NCBI GenBank assembly: GCA_965644315.1
Contig: CBFFRQ010000069.1
Span: 496,001 to 560,000, forward strand
Reading direction: 5' to 3'
Source: Caecitellus pseudoparvulus
Taxonomy: Eukaryota; Protista; Bigyra: Bicosoecida
DNA: 64,000 bases
This document shows positions 19,873-33,200 of the stretch, piece by piece. Made by a program: the position numbers and the translations under genes. Under the pieces are notes generated by a model, which saw nothing but the letters and a program-made list of their open reading frames with translations, made no database searches and had not been told where the DNA came from. Numbering within the stretch: position 1 is the first letter of the stretch; each line of letters begins with the position of its first letter.

Positions 19873-22800
19873 TCACGTGCCTGAGACCCCTTTAGTACTT
19901 GAAGGCTTGGGCTGTGGCGGAAGTGGAGGGCGTACGGCAGGGGGCATCTGCCGAGCACTGCCCACGCTTGCACGCTTTCGTTGGGTAGATGCGGGTTTGG
20001 GCTTGCTGGGCGGTGGAGGGGGGGCACAGGCTGCAGCGGCAGCTGAATGCTTGTCCTTTCCACTGGCTTCTGCGCCCGTTTCCGTGGAAGCCGCGGCAGC
20101 GGCTTCCATCTCGCGCTCTATTGCGCGGGCACTCGGCAGCAGGTTGCTCAAGAAAGTGAGCAAGACGCTGTACACCTTCCCTGCTGCCGCAGGACCGGGG
20201 CTTTCTCCAAAGTACTTTGCCAGGCGCTGCTCAAGCTGGGCTGCTTGTTCGCATTGTTCACGAATGTCGTTGGCCAGCGAGGCATGCGTTGAAGCGAACG
20301 CTTCCATCCGAGCTGCGAACGCATTTGCAACTGCAGGGGACACTGCCTGTTTTACATCCACACTGGGCTTCGCTCGCGAAGCCTTCGCCTTGCTAGCTTT
20401 CTTCTTCGCTTTCTTCAGAGCTGCTGCACGGATGCTTGCGAGGAGTGCTGCCTGGGGACCCCCTGCCCCACAGCCGCCGCTGGCCTCTGCAGCTGGGCTG
20501 CCTTTCCCCTCGCTTTCATCCTGCTGTCCCTTGTCTTCGCCGCACCCCTGGCCCGCAGGTGCAGCTGAAGGAGCACAGGCCTTGCTTTGAGCTTCCTTTA
20601 CCAACTTTGCCTCACGCTGCGCGCCTTCCACTTGACGAATAGCGGTTTCCAAGGTCGCACGTGTGTCCGACATGGACACTCGCTTGGCTTTGGACAGGAC
20701 CTGCATCAGCTCTTGCGCAGCTGCAGCCAGGGGAAGCCTCTGCTTTACCACGACAGTGCGCACGACATAGTCCATCAGACTCGTCTTCTTGTCGGCGGCC
20801 TTGGTGGTCGTCAACCTCAAGAGTGACTCCACCGCAAAGCCCGCAGCCTCGCCTTGGGCGGTGCCTTCGTTCATCACGTTGCCGACAGCAAGAGTCGTAG
20901 CGAGCAATGCCTTCAAGTGCTCTGATTGCATGAGCTTCTTGCAGGCATTTCGAACGACTTCGATTTCTTGGGATGCCTTCTGCAGTGCTGGCTCCACGTA
21001 GTGTTCTGCCAGAGCGGCGCGGGTGATGTGGGCGAATCTTGGGATTGCCCGGGCCTGATCGAACCACCTCTCCACAGGACCAAGTGCCTTTCGATTGCCT
21101 CGAAAAGCACTGAGAACCTTCTCCTCGCTGGGCGTTGGAAGTAAATCGAGCAGTGCCTCCATCTGCAAGGGCGTCAGGGATCCCTCAGCTGTTGACCCCA
21201 TGACAGCTTCTGCGACACCGCGCGCACCCTTGAAGTGCTTAAACTGCGCCAACCCAATGCCAGCATTGTAAGCACGCTTGGAATCAATGAGATGGACGGT
21301 CTTGGGTGTGCTTGGAGCCCGGGCTTTTGTGGCTGGGGCTGGCTTCTTGCTTGCCTTCTTCGCGAACATGCTCTCTAACTCCGCGACTTGCTCTGAGTCA
21401 AGCGCTGCTATTGAGCTGGGTGCTTTGTTTCGATCAGATGCCCAGACAGAATCAGCTACGTCTGTCGTTGCCAATGGAATCCAGTGCAACTTCAGAAGAG
21501 GCACCCGCGACCTTCGCTTGCGGGCGGCTGCCTGCGCATCGGCGTCCGGCTTGGCTGGTGCTGGGCCTGTCGGCGTGGGCCTCGTCGCAGTGCGGGGCTT
21601 GCTTGTCAGCGAGTCGGCTTCATGTGCACTTTTTGCAAAGGCACGAATGAACTCGTCGATGAGTGCTTGGCTCTGTCCGTCTTGAATCATTTTGCCTTTG
21701 GCGGCGCCAAGTGGAATGCCCAGCTTCAGCATCTTGCTGTACTTGGCAAGAACTGGGTGCTCAAGAAGTAACTTTTCCTTGCTTTTCGGTCCTGTTTCGG
21801 CAGAGTTTGCCTTTTTGCTTGTCTGTGGCCCGCTGTCAGCACTAGGCTTGCTGTCGCCGCCCTGCTGGCCCTGGCCAGCTTGTCCACCTGGGCTGTCGCG
21901 AAGCGCAGCTTTTCCATGCTCCCTCATGAACACCGACACTGCGCTCGTAAATGCAGCAGCAGAACTGCTCTCCATCTCATCCATTTTTAACTTGCTTTCA
22001 ACTGCGGGCGCAGGGATGCCCATGCGCAGCATCCGGACGTACTTGTCAAACTTTGGATCCAGCAGCAACGCAAAGCGTGCATCCTCCCGCCAAGAGCTCG
22101 GCGGGCGATCTGAACTTGGGTTTGGTTTGCGTTTTTCCGCGAATGTGCCCAAACCCTCTCCCATAGGAGCTTCACAAGGCACCTGTGGAGCGGCTGGTAC
22201 GGAATCTTGAATGCCGGCCAAGCAACGAGTTTGGGTCGACTCAGTGCCAGATTCTTTGGGTGGTATCACAACGGAGACCGCACAAGCTTCACTGCTTGAG
22301 CTTGGATGCTGCCGAGACTGCCCAACATGCTCGGCTTGTTTCAGGGAATCTGCTCGCTGCTCTGACCCAAGTTTTTGGTGCGGCAGCGCAGCTGCCTGCT
22401 CTACCGAACCACACCTGGCTGGTGCTTGACCGCCTTCAGACCCGCCGCCATGGTCGACATCCACGGCTGCATAGACACTTGGACCAACGGTGCACGTTTG
22501 GGGTGCTGAATGGTTTGAAGAGGGCTCAGAGTGTGCAAGGTGTTCTTGATGATCAACGCGCTCTGCCAAAAAGACAGACTGAGCTGGCACTGCAACATGC
22601 TCCTTGACGCTTCGACGCGGGAGCGCTTGTGCTTTCCCCTCTTCAACTTCTGGTGCAATTTCCTCTACTCCCCATGCTGGTATGTCACTTTGGGCTCCCC
22701 AAGATGCAGTTCCTGCGCTCTGGGTTGCTTCTGAAGACCAAAACTCCCACCCACCCACGTCCCAGTCCCAGTAGTACCACGTGCGATGCTCCTCGTCAAA

Positions 22801-25279
22801 ATAGTACTCATAGCCATCCTCGGCGACAACACCACCGTGCTCCCCATATTCCTCTCCGTTCACCCCTTGGCATGAAGTCATTTCCATAGCTCCTGCCGTG
22901 CTTGTCTCGTATGGCGCAGCCGCGTGGGGTACGGAGGACGTATTCTGACGGGAATGCCGCGCGGAGCTTGCTCCATCCCAAGCTTGAGGAGTTGCCATGA
23001 TGCTGGAAGTGGAAATCAAGGCTGGTTCGAGGTCGATCTGGTCCCTAATTTCCCCCGAGACAGGGTTCTCAAACCAGACTGTCTCCGCGCCGCCGAACCC
23101 CACAGTGCAGTGTCGAATCCATGATGACCCTGACAGAGCAGGACGCTCAGTCCTGTCTGGAGTGCACGGTCCGAAGTGCTGCTCATCCGTGCGCACAGAA
23201 CCACCCCCTTCAATTCTTGCCTTGTCGGACAAAGCATGCGGACTCAGTGGAGGAGGGCTTGCAACATGCAAGTCCAGCCCCCCGAGAATGCCGCGCTTGG
23301 GTGCTGTGGAAGTCAACTTCTTCCAAGGCGAAGCTGGTGCCCTGTCTTGGTGAGGTTTTGTCTTGCTTCTGCGTCTCTCTCGTTCCGCAGCGTGGTCTCG
23401 GCTCGTGGAGACCGGGGCGGATTGCTGCCGATGCACTGGAACTGCAACCTTGCCAGCCCCTCGCTTTCTCTCTGGCCGTGCAGCCCGCAGTATGTGCTCT
23501 TCTTGTACAGAGGAAAGACGCTCTGCGATATCCTCATGGCCATGTGCCTCCGCCAGATCACATGGGGCAGCCCCTGCCGCATCCACAATGCTGGGGTCGG
23601 CGCCAACATCCAGCAATGTCTCCACCATGTCATAGTCGCCGCCCATGGCTGCGTAGTGGAGTGGCACCCTTGAGAAGTTGTCTCCGGCAAATAGACATGC
23701 CTTGCCACCATGCTCAAGGAGGATTTCAGCACACTGGGCATGGTGCTGGTCTGTCTTTAGGGGAAGTGGCGCTTTGGGTGTAGCTTGACCGGGCCAGTCC
23801 ATTGCTGTCCTCGCATGGTACGGGAAGCTACCAATTGCCCCAGGATTTCCAGCGCACAGCGCGGCAATGTGAAGCGGCGATCGGCCGTCCCCGTCCAGCT
23901 GGTCTGCTGAACCCCCTGCTTGCAGAAGCATGTGCAGAATGGATACGTCCCCACGCTTGGCGGCAAGGTGCACCGCTGTGCGATTCTTGTCATCTTTGCA
24001 GCGCAGGTCCACGAACTGCGCTCCTCGCCCCAGGCGGACAGCAGCAGAGAGAAGCACTTTCACGCACTCGGAGCGCCCCCAATCCACGGCTACCTGCAGT
24101 GCTGTCTGTCCCCAGCTGCTGTGGGGGTCGACAAGCGCTCCCTTCACAATGAGCTCCGTCACCGCACCAGAGTTGCCCACTCTGCATGCAAAAAGTAGTG
24201 GCGTGTCTCCAGATATAGAGTCCGATGAGTGCATGAGTCCAGCCTCCGCTTGCAGCACTTGCAACATGGCTGCCAGTCGCCCGTGCCGAATGTGCTCCCA
24301 CAAGGTTTGCCTGAGCTGCTCCACAGCTTGGCCCGACGCACCCGCCCCGCAACAGGGTGACAAGAGGGCACTGATTCCATGTTGCCATTGAAGCCGCTCT
24401 TCTTCAGAGCTGCAGACGATGTCGACGGTGCGGTCCTTCGCCACGATGGAGAAGCACTCCCGTGGATCAAGGGCCGCCTTCCCAGTCACGTGTGCTTCCT
24501 TGAACACGGGTGTCGCAATTCCTTGCCTCACCTCCTGGACATGGACCAAGTCAAGGAATGTTGGGGCGGAAGTGAGCCTCTTTGCAGGGTCGTGCCACTT
24601 GAGTGTCCAAGCTCCAGGCAGAGTGGAGGCAGACCACTTGTTACCGCCAGCGCCCTGCTGTACCACCTGAAAAAAGCGAGAGTCAAGTTGGCTCGGCCGA
24701 GATCGTCGTACCTTTCGCAAATGACTGCCTCGTTTCACCACTTCGATCGCGCCTACGCCCTGAGCCAGTTGCACTTGCTCACGCAGTCCGGAACCACTGC
24801 CACCTTCACACCTCGCCATGCTCTGTTGAGTAAGATCTCCGGCCCCGGGCCTGGGCTCAGCTGATGCACTGCTCGTAGCAGAGCCCAAGATGGGTTCGAC
24901 TCTAGAATTCTTCGTGACATGAAATTCCGCGACTTGGCACTGCCTGGGAGCAGAGTGGACTGCGGCAGTCGCTTCCGCAGACGCTTCCACGACTTCCAAA
25001 GAGCTGCACTCTGCTGGCAGACTCTGGCGAACAGGCACCCCTTGGACAGTACAGCATGTATGCTCATGATGTGTTTCACTCTTATTGTCATATTCTCCAA
25101 TGGCACTCAGAGGAACCACTGCAGCTCGTGAATGGCGCCCGCGCTGCACACTGCGTTGATGGCCGTTTGTGCCCTGGCTCTCAGGAGACACTGGGGCTGA
25201 CCCGCGCGCAAGCACTGTGGGAAAGAGAGGCTACTAGTGCAACGAATGCACCCCGGCCTTTGTGTGGCTGTAACGTACT
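19873..25279 (-). CDS. Formin (FH2) with N-terminal PLC-type PH domain, ankyrin repeats, WW-like segments and two CCDC53-like repeats; about 1,780 aa
   Basis: FH2 motifs KLHWIPL, DSVW, LESMF, LIDSKRAYNAGIGL, GNVMNEG...AAGFAVESL..L..TK...K.SLMDYV. Ankyrins GDTPLLFAC, GRSPLHIAA, RVPLHYAA. PH: CFSIVAKDRTVDIVCSSEEERLQWQHGI. Start assumes intron 25278-25215; alternative ATG at 24819. Confidence 0.9.
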
Positions 25280-25562
25280 TGCTCGGTTGAATTCTCTGGG
25301 GCAACAAGCTTGCAGTCGGTTCTCAAGCGCAGGACACAACGCAAATGAAACGCCAGGGCAATGCGCGCCTTCGACAAAAACAAGGAGGGAGGAAGAAAGA
25401 ATCCGTCGATATTACGTGTGCCAAGTCGTACGCAGGCAATCTTCACACTTCCATCAGCATCGCAGGGAATTTGTGCTGTGTCAGCATTGAGGGAGCACGC
25501 CGTCCCCTTGCGCACGAGGCACGCGTGTCCTACCACTGCGCGGAGAAATAGCACCGCTCCAA

Positions 25563-27212
25563 ATGAGCGCACGCAAAGTGTTCCCTGGCAAAGAGCAAGG
25601 TGCTGCCAAAAGTCGCAGCTCGCCGGTTTCTCGCAAGCAGCAGTCCACGGTGACTTGGGCAGCCGCCAAGTCTCTGCGAAGCCTACGGAACCCTGCAACT
25701 TTTCGAGACTTGCCCGACTTTGGAACTGGAGCTATCACCAGCTCCGAGATCAAGAAGCACGCTTGGTCCGGCGAAGGCTGTAGGGCGCCAGGACAGGAAG
25801 GACACCGGGCCTGGAGCAGCCCGCTCAAATTCCGCGTTGATCCGCAAGCTCAAGTCAACATCGCGACTGCTACTCAGCACCGGACTGCGCCCAAGGATGG
25901 AGCCTTTACCTTTCGGGTTGAAAGTCCTTCCTCCACATGGGGGCCAGCGCACAGAGCTGGTCCCCAGTCCGGCCGAACAACCTCCTTCGCTCACCAAGCT
26001 ACCAGTGTGCAACGAGGGCAGCGAATGACCCAGCCCGCACAAGGCTCTCCAGCAGCCCATGACCTCCAAGCACAAAGGAGGGCCAGGCGAAGACTGCACA
26101 CGGCTCCGTCAGTTGTGTGCAGACCAAGAAATCAGAGCAACCGCCGCTCCAACAGCCTCTTGCCTGTCTCCAGCCTCTTTGCGAGCCCCGAGAAAGAAAG
26201 AAGGAGTTCTCCACATGCAACGCCTCCTCGGGTGGTGGATGAAACTCTTGACATGGTGGTTACAGGGGTCGTTCCAAGCTCAATCGTGATGGGGAGCGGT
26301 GCGGAAGCTGGCTTACAAGCTGATGCCTTGTTGCCTTCGCCAGTTCGACCATCCTCTGCTGTGCCCCCACCTTCAGCTCTCTCCAAGCACAGGAAGTTCG
26401 CTGTCGACACTTTCGCATCTGTGGCTTGTGCATCACTCATCACACGAGAGTTTGAAGAAACTAACCTTGGCCACGCGCCCAGTGTGCAAGACCAACCGAC
26501 AGCAGTCCACGGCTCGTACTCGGACCTGGTGCCACCGCGCTCTGCACTTGCCAAGCCCGTCAAACAAGCTCCACAGCGCACGAAACTCCAAGAGCTGAGC
26601 CGCCCAGCACGCAAGGGGCGCTCTGAATCCTGGCGAAACTTGGTCCTTCGGGGTCGCAAGTCCAAGCAAGTGAGCCGGGGGACAGCTGCGGCAGGAGCTA
26701 CGCAGCAGTCACAAGGGGTCATATCTGACCACTCAGCCTTTTCCCCCGATAGCAGTTTTGATTGCTCGCCGCGGGTTCGCCGCGGCTCTGACTTTTGGCG
26801 CGAGTTGGACAGGTTCCACGCATCGGACACAGCAGGCAGGGGACAGAACTGCCCCGCGCATACCACGCCCGCGCCCACCGAACCACAACTGGAAGACTCC
26901 AGCCAGCAAAGGACGCGAGAGCTCCCATCGCCGCATGATTTGCAGGTCTTAATGCTGCAGGGGTCTTTGTCCAGCTCATCGCGTTTGGGACGTGGTCCAC
27001 GTGGCACCCAAGCATGCTCCCCGTTGCCCGCATGGGCACCTTGCTGGCGACCAGGCGGCTCGTTCAAGCCTGCACTTGGACCCCCCCTTCAAGTCGAGAA
27101 ACACGGTGCATTGGAGGGCTCAGGGTGCAGCACGCCCTGGACTCCTCAGCAGAGCCCCCAGCTAGACTTGTGCGGCTGGCAATCAACTTCTGAGTCGGAG
27201 GCCGACATCTGA
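25563..27212 (+). CDS. Hypothetical Ser/Pro/Arg-rich, probably disordered protein (549 aa)
   Basis: Long ATG-initiated ORF filling the gap between two minus-strand genes; no recognisable domain. Confidence 0.55.
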   Translation: MSARKVFPGKEQGAAKSRSSPVSRKQQSTVTWAAAKSLRSLRNPATFRDLPDFGTGAITSSEIKKHAWSGEGCRAPGQEGHRAWSSPLKFRVDPQAQVNIATATQHRTAPKDGAFTFRVESPSSTWGPAHRAGPQSGRTTSFAHQATSVQRGQRMTQPAQGSPAAHDLQAQRRARRRLHTAPSVVCRPRNQSNRRSNSLLPVSSLFASPEKERRSSPHATPPRVVDETLDMVVTGVVPSSIVMGSGAEAGLQADALLPSPVRPSSAVPPPSALSKHRKFAVDTFASVACASLITREFEETNLGHAPSVQDQPTAVHGSYSDLVPPRSALAKPVKQAPQRTKLQELSRPARKGRSESWRNLVLRGRKSKQVSRGTAAAGATQQSQGVISDHSAFSPDSSFDCSPRVRRGSDFWRELDRFHASDTAGRGQNCPAHTTPAPTEPQLEDSSQQRTRELPSPHDLQVLMLQGSLSSSSRLGRGPRGTQACSPLPAWAPCWRPGGSFKPALGPPLQVEKHGALEGSGCSTPWTPQQSPQLDLCGWQSTSESEADI

Positions 27213-27268
27213 GCAATGGCGCGGGCCTCCGGGCACTGTTCAGTTGGAGATACTCCAAAACGCTGTCA

Positions 27269-30200
27269 TCAAGAGTCTGCAGGCTCAACTTCATCATCCT
27301 CTGAGTCCCCTTCCCCCCGCCTGACATGGGCACCGTATTCATCAGAGGACTTCAGCAAGTAGTACCGCTCTCTGAAGCGGTCCTCCAGAACAGCAGCTGG
27401 CGTATCCGGAATGACACGCCTCAAGAACAACTTCAGTGCGATGATGATGTGCTCCCCAAAGACAAGGGCCCAGATGACATCCGAAGTCCCGATGCCAGGC
27501 GCAGCAGACTCCAATCGAGACTTGCCGTCAGCAGAGCGAGTGGAGATGAAGATGGTCATGATGTTTGTGAATACACTGACCACTGATATCACCTGCAGCA
27601 AGATCATCCAGACACCGATTCCACGAGAATCCCTGGCGAACGCCCTGCGCATGATCAGAGCTTTCTGGGCGTCCAGCCGCAGCTCCACAAGATTGTTCAG
27701 CAAACTGGCAGCCGCGGCCAGTGGAAAGGCCGCTGCAAACATTGCAACATAACCAAACTGCGTCACAATCTCCAAGTACTCGTCCAGCAAGTCTTCACGC
27801 TGCTGCCTGCCCACTTCGCTGACAGCGGCATGCAGCCCGTTTAGCTTCATGCCGTCGTACATGTCCACCTGGCCTCGGCGGGATCGACGAACCTTGGCCA
27901 GCGTGCGCAATGTGCGCACCAAGCACTTTTCTGCGTGAGGAGGCGCAGGGGCTGGCGCTGCATCTCCGTCACCGGACTCCCCTCCGCCGTCCGGCCTGTC
28001 GGGTTGACCGCGGCCACCACGAGCCTGGCGACCCTGAGCGAGCAGGTGCATCGCGACGCTGGCCATGAGCTCATCATCTGCATCAGAATCATCTGAATCT
28101 TCAGAGTCGCCGGGAGGTCTGATCGCAGGCAGGGGTGGTTGCTTCACACTGCTGCTCTCCCGGGAATCGTCCTCGGAGTCGCTGCTGGAGCCGGCCAATG
28201 CCATGGTTCGTGCGAGGCTGCGCAGCTCGATGCGCCGTTGCTTCTTCGCCTCGGGAGTGACATGTGGGCCAGCTGCCATGCTGGTGGTGTGCCCGCGAAT
28301 GAGGCTTTTGGCCGCCTTGTCTCTGCCTGGGGCCGGCACGTGCTGCTTCACTTGGCTGGCGCGAGACACCTGAATCAGCCCTACGCTGCCTGCTTGATTC
28401 AAGGAGAAGAGAGCTTGCAGGCGAGCGAGCACTTTTTCGTTCTTGAGGCGTCTATAGCTGTCGAGAGCCCACACGCTGGCAAACTCCTTCACAGCCCCGA
28501 TGGCCTGCCCTGTCAGCAGAATACCACCAAGCTGAGCCCCCAGCCTCTGGAGGTCTTGCAGATAGAAAGCGATGATGAACAGTGCCAAGTATGCGTTCAC
28601 AAACTGCATGGATGCGCGCTTGAGGACGTGAGAAGCATCATAGTCAGCCTGGTGAGCGTGTCGCTCGAAGCGCGTCAGGCATGCGGCCACCTTCGTGAAC
28701 ATGATGTTGATGATGGGGATAACCAGCCCGTTCGCAACGCCACTCACAACAGAAGCCAGCGGAACCCCAAATGCTTTTGACTCAGAGTCGAAGAGTTGGT
28801 CTGGCAGGATGAGCACCGCTGACACTACGGCAACGACCAGCCCGGCCATGAATACCACAGCCAGGCTGGACAGAACGTACCTGCACCGCCTGGTGGATGC
28901 TGGGAAGAAGTACAGCTCATTGTACACTTCCAGGTCACGCCGTAGCTGCTCTGTGAACTGCATCCGGCGAGGATGCAGAGGCCGCATGCCTCGCAGTCCA
29001 AAGACGCCCTCCAGCGTGGAAAGCTGCACGTTGCCACCGTTATCGTCATCGGCTTGCATGTCTGCGATGAACTCCCCACGCAGAGCCATGGATGGCGCCG
29101 CTCCGCCTGCCCCTCCTCCGCCCACGCCGCTTGCACTCCCGTTCTTGTCGTGGTCATCTTCAATGGACCCTGCTGCTGCACCATACACTGCCACCGAGCG
29201 AATGGGGGAGGCCCCAAGCGCACCAACACCCCAAGTGTAGCCAGCTGCTGTGAGGGCGCGAGTGACGTACTCTAGCATGACTGTGGCCCACACGACGGTG
29301 AGCAAGGCATAGATGGCGACGAGCCCATCTTGCTGGGTGATCGCCGCTCCCTCCCAGAGGGGAGTGGTGCGTGTGGGGGAGAAGTACGGCGCAAGGAAGA
29401 CGCCTGCACCCGCTACCGCGGGCGCCAGCAGCCACAGCGTGTACGTCCGCAAGAACAAGAAGTAGAACGCGAGGTAGGTCCCATAGTAGCCGCGGACCAA
29501 GTGCAGCGGCTGGAAGAGAGCGGCACCCAGGGTCGTGTCCCACATGCGCGTGCAGCACGAGCCGCAGCATCGACAGCAGGACCCCGCGCAGCAGCTGCTC
29601 TTGCACCTGCAGCAGCAAAACCAGCAGCCTTTGCGCTGCTCCCGGGCGCGCTGTCGCGCCTTACGGAACTGTGCCGCCACTGCGACGCTAACCATGGATG
29701 ACGTAGCGGAGTCTTGCTCGGCGCCGGGTCCGCTTCGCAGGCTTTGCAAAGCCGCCTGCATGGCTGAGCCGGCTCGGGAAGTTGGGGCCGTGGAGGGCTT
29801 GGGGATGCTCACCCCGACATTTGTGCTGGACTCTTGGCCAGCAACATCGCCGTCTTCTTCGCACTGAGCTGACTTAAGCTGCAGCACGCCAGCATCGTCA
29901 TCATCATCGCCGCTGTCTTGCTGTAAAGCAGTGGCCAAAGCCTGCCCTTGGTGCTCGGCTTCTGAATCCGAAGCTGGCTCGACACTCACGGTCGCAGCAG
30001 TGGATGGTGCGGGCTGGTGCTCTTGAGGCTTGGCTATCTGCGCTTTGGAATCGTGTACAATGGCTTGCTCGGCTTCGCGGGCCCCATGAGCGTCGTCTGC
30101 GCTGGTGAAGAGAGGAATGCTGCTGAGCCAGTCGGAGGCGGGCTTCACTCCCGTCAAGACAGACGACACAACTGCCGCCGACAGACGGTTTCGCAGGAGG

Positions 30201-33200
30201 GAAGCCAAGATGCCTCTCGCAGAAACACCGCCATCATCGATGTCAGTCTCATCTTGCGACACGTCGCCCATGATGGCCTGCACTCGCTGCAAGCCAGGCA
30301 GCTGAAAGAAGCGCGTGCCGCCTCGCACCCAGTGCTTTTGCAGCCCATGCACTGCTGTCGGGTGGTGTAAAGGAAACCACTCAGAAGCGATGCCTTCTGC
30401 CATGAGCTCAACGAAGTTAATGTCAGCTCCTCCCGCAGCGTGCTCGAGCGCGGGGTGGGAGCCATCGTGGGTGGTGTGAGCTCGGGCTCGTGCGCGGGTG
30501 ATGAGGTCCAACGTCAGCTGCTGCCGCTGCACTGGGGTGAACCGCTCAAAGTACGGGGCGTAGGGGTACGGTCGAGCAGGACTCCGCCGCCAGAAAGGTT
30601 GCAGCGGCGCCCCCCGCTCGAAGTGATCCGGCGTGAAGCGGAAGAGGAACTCCCCAGAGTCTTGAGGGCGCACCCGGACCCGCATGCCCAGCATTTCTGC
30701 CCGAGCTTCCAGCACGTGCTGGGGCGCGTAGACGAGCAAGAAATCAACCGCCCCAGATGTTGTCGCCGCAATGGACACACCCTCGCTGCATGTGAGAGCT
30801 AGGCTGTGGCACGCAGCAGAGCAACAGCCATCGCCGTCCGTTTCATCCTCAGCAGTCTCTTCCGCGATGCTTCTCTGCTTGCGCAAGCCTGCATCGTCCT
30901 CGACGTCGCTGTCGTCGTCGTCCACCGCTTGCTGGTGCAGGGTCGCGGCGATCTGCGCAGACTCAGCTCGCCGTGAGGCCGCATTCCGTGCTGGCTGACC
31001 GCCCTCGGTGTCATCAACGTCAGCGTGGGGCAGCTTGGTCAGGTCTAATCGCAATGATTCGCTTTGCGTGGGGGATTCGTCCGTGCCTGATGCAGAGTCA
31101 GTGTGCCGAGGTGCGACTGCAGCCTGCCCAGCCGCCTTGCTCCTGGCTTTCAGACGTGCTGCTCGAGCTCGCGCTTGGCTCAGTGCTGCTCGGTTGTCCA
31201 TGCTGTTGCCCTTCGGGCGATTCAGCAGCCGCCACGTTGGCCACACCACGAGACCCACAGCTTGCAGGCAGCGCATGAGCTGCCTCCGTTGGAGCAGGCG
31301 TGCAGCCACCACGGCATGCACACACGCATGCGCTGGGCGTGGCAGGTGAGCTGCCTTGCCAGCCTTGATCACAGCAGTGTACTTCGTAAGCAACAACGAC
31401 TCGGCATCCCCTGCTTCCGCTGCAAGGATGTCCAGCGCGACCTCGCGACTGGTAGAGTCCCCGCCAGACCACAGCCTGCCCCTGCCCTGCTGCCCAGGGC
31501 GGAGGGAAGCCAGACACGAACCTTCGTCACACATGCGCTCCAAGTGCTCCTTGAGACCAACAATGCTCTCTTGAATGCGCCAGACGTTGTCACTGCTCAC
31601 GAAGTGTGATCCTGTGCCCACCTTGACGCAGCGATAGGTGATGTGCGCGGCTGCGTCGGCTGGAGTACCACCAGATGCAACTGGCAGCTGCAGGCGCTGA
31701 AGATACAACTGACATCGGTGTTTTTCACCTGCAGCAACCGCTTCGAACTCGAGAACAAGGTCCATTAGCTGCAGGAGTGCCTGCCCTGCAGTATTGGGCT
31801 CGCCAGGCGTGCCCGTGGTGTACGTTTCGATGGGCAGCATGTGCAAGGGCGGCGGCCCCAGCGGCCCGATACGAAAGGAGAGAATATCAAAGGGTGCAGG
31901 GTGCTGCTTGGAGGTGAACCAAGAAGATGTCGTGGATGCCGCAGCAACTGCTTGTGCAGCAGCAGTGATCCCTGTCGCAAGTATGACCGGGCTGAGCACT
32001 TCTGCTGCGGTCAGGTACATGGCGATAGGAAAGTCAAAGCCTTGGATATTCAGCGGCTCTAGCAGCTCCTTTGACAATGTGAATACTCGGTGGGGGTCAA
32101 TGCTGCCAGGCTCGACGCGCACAGCTGCAGCACGTGCGGAGTCCTTGCCTGGCTGCGCAGCGGCAGCACCGCCTGCACCTGCCTCACCACTCAACATGTC
32201 ACTCGCAGCCAAAGCGGATGCCAGCGTGGTGGGCCCAATCATGGGGAGTTCTTCTGCCGTCCCAGGTGCGGGCTCGGGCTGGGTATCGGGCGAGGTTGGC
32301 GAGCGTGCGCTGGCCACAGCTGCATCTGAGACGAACGCCCATGACCAGAGGTTGCGCTTCCTGGGGGTGTCTGATGCAGCTAGGGACTGCACAGTGACGG
32401 GCAGAGACGAACTTAACGAAGGCGGGTTGGGGACAACACCCATGCCTGTCAACTGCCCGGCGACCTGCGTGGCTCTGGCGCTACGTGCCTCAGCCTCCTC
32501 AGCCCACCCGCACTCTGCCGGGGTCAAGGGCATGAACGCATCCCAGGTCCAGCCACAAAACTTCGCCCGCAACTCTGGCAATGAGAGGTGGTCCACGTCA
32601 AATGCCACACTCGCCCCTACATGCACAGAGGAGAGGGACACGGCGATCTCCGCTTGCGGCGCCCGGGAGACGCGGACACGGGGGAGGGCTGCCCTGGCAG
32701 CAGCAATGAGCTGCGGCTTGGCCCCTTCGGCCTGCAGGTGCTGCACAAGTGCGTCGTTGGTTGAGAACTCTAGCGGTGACGTGCAGCCGGGAGGAGTAAA
32801 CAAGAAGGGCAAGGGCAGTGTTGCGATGGTGAAGAAGAGAGCCCCTTGCTCTGCAGGCGCGATGGGTGTCCTGAACTTCGCCACCACCTCCAAGGAACGC
32901 GGCAAGGTCCTTCGTTTTCCCTTGCTTCCCTGTGCTGCGTACATGCGGTGCAACATGTCGTCGTCGAGGGCTGTGCCTGTCGTAGCCAGGGGCAGTGCTG
33001 ATTGTCCAGGGGAAGGAGACGAGTTTGGGGACGCGGCACCCGGTTCCTGGTGCCCCATCAACAGGGTGCTACTCTCAGCGACTTGTATGTCAAGGGAAGA
33101 CACTGGCAGATGCAGGTGCTTTTGCAGGGCAGAGGTCACAGCCTTGGACAGCCGGGGCACGTTGGCCACAACCTTCATGCTGAACTCCAGGTCAGACACC

